From assembly GCF_000143415.4 (NCBI RefSeq), contig NW_003314307.1, forward strand, positions 816,859-880,858: a stretch of 64,000 nt of DNA. Reading direction: 5' to 3'. Made by a program: the position numbers and the translations under genes. Source of the DNA: Selaginella moellendorffii (Eukaryota > Plantae > Lycopodiophyta). The notes under the pieces are model-generated. The model worked only from the letters and a program-made list of their open reading frames with translations, made no database searches and was not told where the DNA came from. Each line of letters opens with the position of its first letter. The first letter of the stretch is position 1. Shown here one piece after another: positions 12,068-22,309 of the stretch.

Positions 12068-12803
12068 TGCCAGTGTTGGCAGGACACTTTGAGGAGAATC
12101 CTAGAGTGCCATTGCTGTGCAAACCACGAGTGTGAGCTTCCAGCTGTTTCTTCTCAGTCGGAGGATCGTCCACCACAACTTCGATCTGCCACCCGGGATC
12201 CTGAAAGATCACATTACTGCGCTGCTTCCGTCGAGATAACATCCATCGCACGAGCAGAAAGCACGCGAGCAGCACCAAGATCACAACAAAAATCCAGAGA
12301 AGGAGCTGGAGCAGTGACCACGGCGTCCTCCGAACCACTGTAACTACTGCTGCGGGTGTTGGTGTGGCCACTGCTGCGTCGTGACCGTCGCGACGATGGT
12401 GGTGGTGGTGGTGGTGGTGGTGGTTGTGGCGTCCTCCATGGTGGTGACCATGGTGATGGTGGTGAACAACCAGAGGAGCTCCATCACCGTGATGATGATG
12501 GTACACTGCTGCTGCTGGAGCTGGATGGTGGTGGCGAGCATGATCGAGGATAGCAGGCGCTGGAGCTAGATGAGCAGGGTGGCCGTGAGCAGGGTGAACG
12601 AAAGCAGCTGGCGCTGGGGCTCGATCTTGAAGAACTGGAGCTAAAGCTGGCGCTGGCTTGTGGCCTTGGTGGCCATGGTGGTGTGCTGGATGAGCTGGAG
12701 CTAGAGCTGGAGCTCGTGGGTGTGAAGCTCGGTGATGGCCGCCATGCCAGGGCGCTTGAGCTCGGCGGGCAAGCATTGGGGCGGCGTGAGCGCGAGAGAC
12801 CAT
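12057..12803 (-). CDS. His/Pro/Ala-rich single-pass membrane protein, copy 1 (intact, 248 aa)
   Basis: Uninterrupted ORF with APAPA motifs, poly-His tracts, a ~26-aa hydrophobic helix (LLQLLLWIFVVILVLLACFLLVRWML) and a basic SRRKQRS stop-transfer. GC- and CpG-rich island. Confidence 0.65.
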   Translation of the reverse strand: MVSRAHAAPMLARRAQAPWHGGHHRASHPRAPALAPAHPAHHHGHQGHKPAPALAPVLQDRAPAPAAFVHPAHGHPAHLAPAPAILDHARHHHPAPAAAVYHHHHGDGAPLVVHHHHHGHHHGGRHNHHHHHHHHHRRDGHDAAVATPTPAAVVTVVRRTPWSLLQLLLWIFVVILVLLACFLLVRWMLSRRKQRSNVIFQDPGWQIEVVVDDPPTEKKQLEAHTRGLHSNGTLGFSSKCPANTGSDA

Positions 12804-13360
12804 AGCTTACCTGACGAGAGCTTCGACAATAGAAAAATCCAAGCGAGAAAGATTATAACCTAACCCTTGTCTTAGAAAAAATAAAGAGGTACTTTTGGCT
12901 TTGTGAAAAAAAAAACAGCTGGTGACGCTGTGGATTGTCAGCAAGGGTGCCATCGGGCTTGAGCATGCCAAAGAGCCCAAACTTAGATGTGAACAGCGAT
13001 TTAATCTCACAATCACGAAATGCTCTAGATACAAATGAACAACTTTAATTTGATGGCAACTCCTTTTTAAGCTTAATCTTAATGTAGTGAACAAAACTTT
13101 TTTACTCAGCTTTTTAAACTTTTGGAAATTTGGCACTCATTGAATGTGAGTTATGGAGCTTATGGAGACACAAACCATCAGCATGCACAAACTACTTCCT
13201 TTTGCAAAAAAGTGGGAAAAAGGAACACAAGATAAATATCTATCCATTGCTGTTTTGATATTCTCACGGTGTAACATAGCTCCATATTGATATTAATCCA
13301 CAGCTCGTCCAGAGTAAAATTGGTCAAAACGCCTGGAACGATCCAACAATTGAACATATT

Positions 13361-13382
13361 TGGAGATGCTGGTATCGATCCC
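13361..13382 (-). pseudogene. 3' fragment of tRNA-Ala (X-type flank)
   Basis: TGGAGATGCTGGTATCGATCCC in the same context as the full copies; similar scraps at ~44289-44310 and ~51603-51618. Confidence 0.7.
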
Positions 13383-14399
13383 AAAAATCTAAAGCTTTTC
13401 TTTTCACCATTCTAGTACTTATCGATGAGGTTTTGAAGGACCAGCAAGCTTTTATAGCCAAGCAGCTACATGGAAATGGTACGTACATACTCAAGGTCAT
13501 GAAATTTCATTTTGGCAACATCCTATGAAGTGCTCCAGGTTTAAGGCTAAGGGATTTGTGGAGCATACCCTCAAAAGAGATGTGTGGAATCCATAGGATG
13601 GGCTGCTTGATGTGTACGAGAGGAACTCCTTGCAAAGCTATTCCAGATCATACCAATTTGATTGATATTGCGTTGGTACAATTGCTTTAATCATCCTCTT
13701 GAATAACATTGCAAAGAAAAACACTATCCTTGTTCCTCCTCCTCCTGGTGAATATTATGTATTATTATTATAATTATTAGTAACACAAATATTATTTGGT
13801 ATTTTGGTTTGCTAGTAAACATATTTAGCTACATAATTGTATAGCTAAAAGTCTTTTAAAATGAGTAACTTTTCTTTCTTACAAAATTTCAAAATTGGAA
13901 ATGTCACCTTCACATTCTTTCAAAGTTTAAGCACATTTGCTTTTGGTGTCTCATAGCCCCTAAACAAAAAAGTAGAGACATTGGGCACACTTGATCAATT
14001 CAAAGAAACTAATCATTAAAAGTTTACTAGGTGATGTACAATTTGCTAATAGAGAGAGCCAGGTCAACAAAAATAGTCATTAAGAATAAAATTTTAAAAT
14101 ATTCTGGTACACTAAAGAATATTTTCTTATGGCAATATTTTTATATTTTAAAAAAACTAGTAATTTAAATAATATTTAAATATGAGTGGAAATATTTCCT
14201 AATTAATAGAGGTATTGCCTTGTAAGCTAATTTACAGAAGAAAGTATTATTTTAAGATTTAATAATTTATTATTATTAAATATCTAATTATTACTGTAAA
14301 ATACATATAAGTTTAACTTTAAGAAATGCCCTTATATGTAACTTATAAATAATATTTTATAATAAATACTTTAAATTCAAATATAATACTAATATCTAA

Positions 14400-15970
14400 T
14401 TCTTTCTCAATATTATGAACTCCTCATATTAACATTTTAACATTTGAGTCCATCCCAAAAATCATTAAATATATAAAATACAAATGTTTGTAAGGGATTA
14501 AAGACCTACCAAAAGTATAACATTGCAGGAAGCATATGCAAGTGCAACTTGGGAATTAATTTGTTGTGATATTGTAAATCTTTGTATTTACAATATCAAT
14601 TCCATAATTGAGAATTATATACTTGTAATGATAGTATTGTTATTTAATGTTGATATTTTTAACTTCCACCTTCAACTGTAATGCTTTTGAATATGTTGCC
14701 TTGCTTCTTTTGATTATGTATTTGTAATTTTCACACATTCATTCTTTCTTGTTTTTAGAATTTCTTGAGAAAGGTGCTAAAGTTGAGTTTGTGGTTGTGG
14801 TTGTAAAGTGTTCTTTTCAAATTTAAAGTTTTCTTCAACTAAAGCCCATAATTAATACTACATAAACTATGTGAGCAGAACTTCTATAGGACATAACAAC
14901 ATGAATAATCACAATATTGTGGAGGATTGCTATATTGTTGTTATCTACAAAAACAATCAAATGGAGTGTGTAAAGTTCATATCATAATTTGCTTACTATA
15001 TAATATTCCTCCAATCCAAGTAAAACATTTGATTGTAGAACTTACTTTAAGTCGATATCTAACTCACTAATTTCTATGAATCTTTCCTAATTTGACTTGG
15101 AAGCACCTAGGCTCTTCATTGCTCAAAAACATTGGTCCTCTTTGTTCTATAGTTATATACATATACTTGAGATAGTGCAAATGTGTTTGTTGTATGGGCT
15201 TACTTACTCATTCCTTTCTTTTGATAGTTTCAAGGTTCTCAATTGGTTTTATTGCAAATTAAATTCTAAAATCATATAAAGTTTATCTCATCACTTTTAT
15301 TACTTTGTGACCAAGAGATTGTGTCAATGTTGTAGTAAATAAACATTCCACCAAACCCTCAAAATTACGTTGATTTTTTTTATAACTTAGCCTTTTATAT
15401 AAAAGTGTATAAAGGCTTATTGTAGCATAGAGATGACCAAGTTATTCTAGTATGTTTCATTTGAAAATATGCATTTAGAGCAATTTTTTTTTGATAGCCA
15501 TATCATATGGTAAATTTCAATAAGATTTATTATTAACATTTCGTAACAGGTATTTCAAAACTCATTGAATAAAGAAAGAGAATTAAGAAAGAGATCAATA
15601 TAAGTACTTCCTTGTTTGAGAAATAACTAAAGTCCTTAAATGTGGAAAACAAATAAACCACTATGTCAGCGAAGTCTGTAGTTGTAAAATTGCATTTTTT
15701 ATAAACATTACCTCCAACCCACTATAAACATATAAACTTGTAATACTTATTTGCATCTTGTAAAGTGTTTATACCTTTTAATTTCTAGCAAAACCACTTG
15801 TGGTTATTATGGTGTTCAACGTAAATACATTAATCTATGCATTCATATAAACTTTATTCCTAATGGAAAAGGCAACTCTTTCTCATTTAAGTAAAACTTT
15901 GTTTATACCACCATTATAGATAATTATAATAATTTGTTTATGCTTTATTACTCATGAAACCATAAAACAT
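14400..15970 (-). pseudogene. Decayed MULE-like DDE transposase with C-terminal SWIM finger, subtype A (best-preserved copy)
   Basis: Hand translation: FYGFMSNKA*TN; KSCLFH*E*SL..H.WFC..KYYKFI..*WV (CxxH at ~15863-15874); INLIEIYHMIWLS (NxxExxH at ~15493-15532); ALVE.NFKFE; KIYNITTN*FPSCTCICFLQCYTFGRSLIPYKHLYFIYLMIFG (CxC-x15-C/Y-x-H). Stops fall at expected Trp/Gln codons. Confidence 0.72.
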
Positions 15971-16249
15971 TTCCATATATTTGCTAATATAAGGAGCTAG
16001 TAAATAGTGAGCCAAGGGAGTTGACAAAAATATTCTAATACACTAAAGAATATTTTATTAAGGTTTTAGCTGCAAACAGTTTTATTAATCAGATATTTTA
16101 AATAAACTTAGTAATGAAAATAATATTTACATCTGTTTAACTTACCACCATCTAATCTTTGTGGCAGAGGTTTTGGGTTATATGTTAATTTAATATTCAA
16201 TAATTAGTATTTATACTAACTGTAAGTTATTTATTACAATACCAATATC

Positions 16250-16545
16250 TATTTTTTTCACCTTATGTTCAAACATTATGATGAATCCAAGTTGAACATT
16301 TAGATCCATAATATGCAAAGGATGAAAGACTTTCAAAGTTTAATGTTAAAAAAAGTATATGCAATTGCAACTTGGGAATTAGTTGATTGTGATGTTGTGA
16401 AAATTCCCATTTACAATATCACTTTCTTAACTGAAATCTATATACTTGTGATTATGGTATTGTTGATTGATGTTCGTATTTAACTTTTTAACTATATTGC
16501 CTTTGAGAATATTGTCTTTGCTTTCTTTGACCAAGTATTTGTAAT
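16250..16545 (-). pseudogene. Second copy of the SWIM-encoding 3' end within A block
   Basis: Reads FHNITIN*FPSCNCIYFF; older internal duplication of 14400-14730. Confidence 0.6.
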
Positions 16546-17729
16546 GTTCATATGTTTGTTATTTCTCTTCTATTAATACAAAATCAGAAAAGATTTAAAT
16601 AACTTGAATTGTAATTATGAAGTTTGTATATTTGTACAAGGCATTGTTGAAAGAAGAATATATCATCTAATCTACAACAAAATGTTGTAAGTTTAAGTGA
16701 ACAAACACCATAGATCTATAATTGGTTTGCTTAAGCGAACTTGAAGTGGTATTGAATAAACTTTAAATATGCTTGGATATTCTAGGATATTCTATAATTT
16801 GTGAACATGTTTATAATTTATAAAATTCGGAAAAAACTTTCTAGTATATTCTTTTCTATTCCACTATTTGCATCTATCAATTATTGGTGATGATTGACTA
16901 TCATTTAGTATAGTTTATTAGATTACTAATCTTGGTTTATAAATTATAAATATGTTTATCATTATTTTTCAATTAAATTATTACTACTATCAAGTAAACC
17001 AAGCAAATTATTTACAAGATAAGTATTTTCTCAAATAGTTTTATCTCTTCACCATAAGATCCTTTTGCTTGTTTTCAGGTACCATATTGGTTTGGATTTC
17101 ATTGACGGCTCCATCAACCTTGCATCACACTCTTTCCTCACAAAGCTTACCAACAAGCTCCTGAGAAAAGCTTTTCTCTCATTTTGATTAAGCTCTTCAA
17201 ATCCATGAGATTAGAGCATATGCCTTCAGTGATACGATGGAGTTCCCTCATTCTGACACAACACTCCTAGTTCTCAGGCAACTCCTAAACACCTAAATAA
17301 AAAGTAACTTTCATGAGTAACACCTCCTAATACCCTCTCCACAATAAAATTGTATGTCCATTCCCATCCATGTCATTGATGAAAAAGTCAAAGAAGAAGA
17401 TACTTACCATGTGTAAGGAGATAAGCTCCAAAGTCTCCATAGCTTTTCATTGCTAAGCTTCAATTTCCTCAAAACAGCTTGGAGATAAAGATTTTAAACT
17501 AGTTTGACAGAATTGTGTAAATGAAGTACCTTGTGAAAGCTATAAGACGAAACAAAAAAGCTATCAACTAATGAAAACAGTATAGTCCCTATGACCATCA
17601 TGCTTCGTAGGGCACTCTCCAGTTACTCCAAATGAGTAGTGCAAGAAGTGTGTCATCGTGACACTGATGCCAGAGTACTTCTGAACTTGAGGTAGAAAAC
17701 TTCTCGAGCATGTCTCCACTCTGAGCGAG

Positions 17730-18166
17730 CACGTGAGTAGTGGATTCCGTCCAGATTTCTCTCCCGGATCTGCGAGTGGAGCCTCTTCTCTGCTAAGTCG
17801 CCACGTGCCTTGAGCGCCACCATGAAAAGTCTGAGCGTTTGGCTGCTGGTTTGCTCGTAGCACTAAAGAGCAAAGGTTGTTCTCAGCATATCCCAGGAAA
17901 GGATGTCTCGCTGCTCCATGCAAAGTCTCAGCGTTTGGAGGCAGGCCAGCTTCTCGTTGCATCTGATAGAAGACTTGCATGTTCGTGTTCCAGGCAACCA
18001 ACGTCATGTTTCTTTGTCCTCCTGAACACTTCTGATGGTTCCACAGTCCACGAGGCTGCTTGCAACGAATGCATACGGCTTTGTATTCACAATTTGCGAG
18101 GTAGACCAACCTATCCTGTTCTTCGTCCCATCCTGTTGAACAACCTGTGTTGCAAGCCGCAGTGTA
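17730..18166 (-). pseudogene. PPR fragment (variant 2)
   Basis: Paralog of 11200-11610; joined by deletion at ~18166 directly to the His-rich ORF copy. Confidence 0.65.
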
Positions 18167-18740
18167 AAGATCACATTACTGCGCTGCTTCCTTTGAGATA
18201 ACATCCATCGCACGAGGAAAAAGCACGTGAGCAGCACCAAGATCGCAACCAAAACCAAGAGAAGAAGCTGGAGCAGCGACCACGGCGTCCTCCGAACCAC
18301 TGTAACTACTGCTGCAGGTGTTGGTGTGGCCACTGCTGCGTCGTGACCGTCGCAACGATGGTGGTGGTGGGTGGTGGTGATTGTGGCGTCCTCCATGGTG
18401 GTGAACAACCAGAGGAGCTCCATCACCGTGATGATGATGGTACACTGCTGCTGCTGGAGCTGGATGGTGGTGGCAAGCATGATCAAGGATAGCAGGCGCT
18501 GGAGCTAGATGAGGAGGGTTGCCACGAGCAGGTGAACGAAAGCAGCTGGCGCTGGGGCTCGAACTGGAGTGTCACCTTGAAAGCTGGTGCTGGCTCGTGG
18601 CCTTGGTGTCCATGGTGGTGTGCTGGATGTGCTGGAGCTAGAGCTGGAGCTCGCGAGTGTGAAGCTCGGTGATGGCTGCCATGCCAGGGTGCTTGAGCTC
18701 GGTGGGCAAGTGTTGGGGCAGCGTGAGCGCGAGAGACCAT
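18167..18740 (-). pseudogene. His-rich membrane protein, copy 2 (frameshifted, 3' truncated)
   Basis: Pieces in three frames (ORFs 18483-18740, 18176-18445, 18004-18486); C-terminal tail and HMA-like part deleted. Confidence 0.85.
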
Positions 18741-19107
18741 AACTTACCTCTTCGACAGGAGAAAAAATCCAAGCGAGAAAGAGGTAGTGAAAAAAAAATT
18801 ATGAGTAGAGTCGAGAGCTCGTGACGCTGTGGATTGTTGGACTTATACTGAGCGCCCAAACCTAGATGTGAACAAATGTTTTTACTCGCTTTTTCAAATC
18901 TCTGGAAACTTAGCACTCATTGAATGCGAGTCATGGAGCTCATAGAGACACAAGCCATCAGCATGCACAAAGTACAAAAAAAGTGGGAAGAAGAAACACA
19001 AGATAAATGTTTATCCATTGCTGTTTTTAGGTCTCACAGTGCAACATCCATCCAACACTAGTAAAATCGCTCAAAACGCCTGGAACGATCCAATAATCGA
19101 ACATATT

Positions 19108-19180
19108 TGGAGATGCTGGGTATCGATCCCAGTGCCTCTCGTGTGCTAAGAGAACGCTCTACCAGCTGAGTTACATCCCC
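19108..19180 (-). pseudogene. tRNA-Ala(AGC), degenerate full-length copy
   Basis: 73 nt; perfect T stem CTGGG/CCCAG but broken D and anticodon stems. Confidence 0.85.
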
Positions 19181-20029
19181 TTAGCAAAGAAAGCACCATT
19201 CTAATACTCATCCTTGGAGATTCTGGCATTTTTTGTTGCATTTCAAGAGCCTTTTGAGTGATGACCTTTGGAAAGACCACCATCTCCAGCAGGTTTCTAT
19301 AGGAAAGCATCTGCATCTGCAGGCAACCATGAAGAATGTTACTAATGCTTATAATAATAGTAATAGTATTCACAAGAGGAGGACAAAAAGAGAGTGTTAT
19401 TCAAGAGGATGAGTAAAGCAATTGGTAGAACCAACACAATATAAATCAATTATATGATCTTCAATAGCAATCAAATTGTATAAACACTAATATTATTTGG
19501 TATTTTGGTTTGCTAGTAAACATATTTAGCTACATAATTGTATAGCTAAAAGTCTTTTAAATGAGTAACTTTTTTTTCTTACAAAATTTCAAAATTGGAA
19601 ACATCACCTTTACATTCTTTCAAAGCTTAAATGCATTTTCTTTTGGTCTCTCATAGCCTCTGAACAAAAAAATAGAGATATTGGGCACGCTTGATTAATT
19701 CAAAGAAACTAATTACTAAAAGATTACTAGGTGACGAAACTTGTAAGTTGTAACAAGGAAATCAAGGAGTCATTTTAAAAATATTTTCGTAAACTAAAGA
19801 ATATTTTCTAAAATTTTTACTGGCAAACAGATATTTTAAACAAAATAGTAATTTAAATAATAACTAGATCTGACATTTTAGAGGTTTTTATTTGTGACCT
19901 AATTTGAATAATAAATTCACAATATTTAGTATTTCTAAATATAAATTATTACTATAAAATTCCAATTTATATGTTAAAATTTATTTATAAATATATCAAA
20001 TTCAAATAAAATTCTAATAACTAGTTCTT

Positions 20030-21310
20030 CTCCAATATCTTTGATTCCTTTGACCATGCATTTGTAATGTTAAGGAACATTAATTTCTGTAGAAAAGTGA
20101 GATTGTTATTATAGTTGTAAAGTGTTCATTTCAAATTTAAACCCTATTTCAACTAAAGCATAAAACTCCAAATTCATCATTTTCACCCAAATAACTAAAT
20201 ATATGGTATATCTTCTGGTTTTTGGATAATTGACATTGCACAGACCATGTGTAGAACCTTCATAGGACATAACCATATGAATTGATCACATTGTTCTGGA
20301 GGATTCCCATGTTGTTTTCATCAACAAAAACAATCAGTTAGAGTGTGTAAAGTTCATATAATAATTTTCTTACCACATAATATTTCTCCAATCCAAACAA
20401 AATATTTGGCTGTAGAACCTACTCTAGGTTGACATTAACCTCACTAAATCTCATGAATACTTTGTTCTTTGACTTGGCTTTTAATTGCTCAAAAGCATTG
20501 GTCCTTTGTGTTCTATAGTTACATACTCATGCTTGGGATGTGCAAGTTTTTGGATTGCATGGGCTCACTTACTCATTGTTTTCTTCTAATAGTTTTAAGG
20601 TTTTCAATTGGTTTTAATGCAAATTAAATTCCAACAGCATTTAAAGTTGATCCCATCACTTTGTGAGGTTGTGAATAAGAGGTTGTGTCAATGTTGTAGT
20701 AAATAAACATTCCACCAAATCCTTAAAATTATATGTATTTTATTATAACTTAGCCTTTTATATAAGAGTGCATAAAAGTCTATTGTAAGATAGAGATGAC
20801 CAAATCATTCTAGAAAGTTTTATATTAAAATATGCATTTAGAGAAACTTTTTTTTGATAGTGGGTAGCAAGTATTTTAAAACTCATTTAATAAAAAAAGA
20901 GAATTAATAAAGAAATCAATGCTAGTAGTTCTTTATCTGAGAAATAATTAAAGCTTTTAAATGTAGAAAATGACTAAACCACCATACTAGCTAAGGTTTT
21001 AGTTCTAAACTTGTATTCCATGTAAACATTATGTTCAACTTACTAAAATATATGAACTTGAATTACTTGTTTAAATCCTTTAAAGTGTTTGTACATTTTA
21101 AACTCTAGCATAACCAGTTGTGCTTATCATGGTATTCAACTTAAATGCATTTTCTATGTGTTCATGTAACTTTACTCTTAATGAAGAAGGCAACTCCTCT
21201 TTCAGATGATTAAACTTTATTTATGTGACCATTACACATAATTCTAATACCTCAATGTTTTTGTGCTTTATTACTCATGAAACTATAAAGCATTTGTGGT
21301 GTTGAAAATT
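20030..21310 (-). pseudogene. Decayed MULE-like transposase, subtype B (unit without the gypsy insertion)
   Basis: KRSCLLH*E*SYMNT, EYHDKHNWLC, EIGFKFE; gypsy empty site CTAG-ATCT-GAC at 19864-19874. Confidence 0.65.
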
Positions 21311-22309
21311 TTATTTCAACTTGGTTTGTGTTGTTCAAAATAGAACTTAAAATGACATTTCTCTTAAACAACTATCACCATCAAGGATTATGCTCTATAT
21401 AAAAGGATTTTTGAATAAAGAGAAATTAAATAAAGGAGTTCACAAAAATATTTTTATACACTAAAAAATATTCTATTAATGTTTTAGCTGTAATATATTT
21501 ATTAAACAACTATTTTAAAAAATAGTAATTTAAGTATCTAATATTTATGGGCAATATTTGCTATTTGATCACCTAATTTAGAGAAGAAATTATTATTTTT
21601 AATATTTAATATTTATTACTTATACTAATTATTAAAATTATACATCTATATTATGTTTTCATTACCTTTTTAGTGTAATTACAAGAAATGCCCTATATTT
21701 TTTTCAATGTAATTTATAGATAAAATTTATTTTAATTTTAAATACAATATCAATATCTATTTTTTTCACCTCATATTCAGATGTTATAATGAATCCAAAG
21801 TTTAACAATTGGATCCATCCTATGTAAAGGATAAAATACTCTAGAATTTTAACATTTAAAGAATTATATGTAATTGCAACTTTGTTGTAAAGCTGTCTAT
21901 TTACAGTGTCACGTCCATAACTGAGAATCATATACTCATGATGATGGTATTGTTGCTTGATGTTGATCTTTTACTTTTAACTATAATGCCTTTGAGTATG
22001 TTGTTTTTGCTTCCTTTGACCAAATATTTGTAATCTTCACATATTTGTTATTTCTCGTCTACTAATATGAAATCAAGAAAGATTTTAAAACTTGAATTGT
22101 AATTATAAAGTTTGTATATATGTACTGGGCATGGTTGAAGAAGAATATAACATCTAATCTACAATAAAATCTTGGAGAAAATTAAGTCCCATATATACTA
22201 ATTAAAAAAATTCTATATACTAAAAATACATTTGTGAATAGGCTTGTTTAGATTTAAAGTGACCAAACACTATAAATCTATAATTGGTTTGCTTAATCAA
22301 ACCTAGCTA

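Noticed and set aside
12344-12569. Poly-Thr, poly-Gly and poly-Val ORFs here and at paralogous positions
   Set aside because: Alternative and antisense frames of the (CAC)n His-coding repeats.
14400-15970. Alternative genetic code or U-to-C RNA editing as the explanation for recurrent stops at Gln/Trp positions
   Set aside because: Frameshifts, deletions and G>A losses of Cys/Asp accompany the stops, and the gypsy and Helitron show the same pattern; methylation-driven decay is sufficient.
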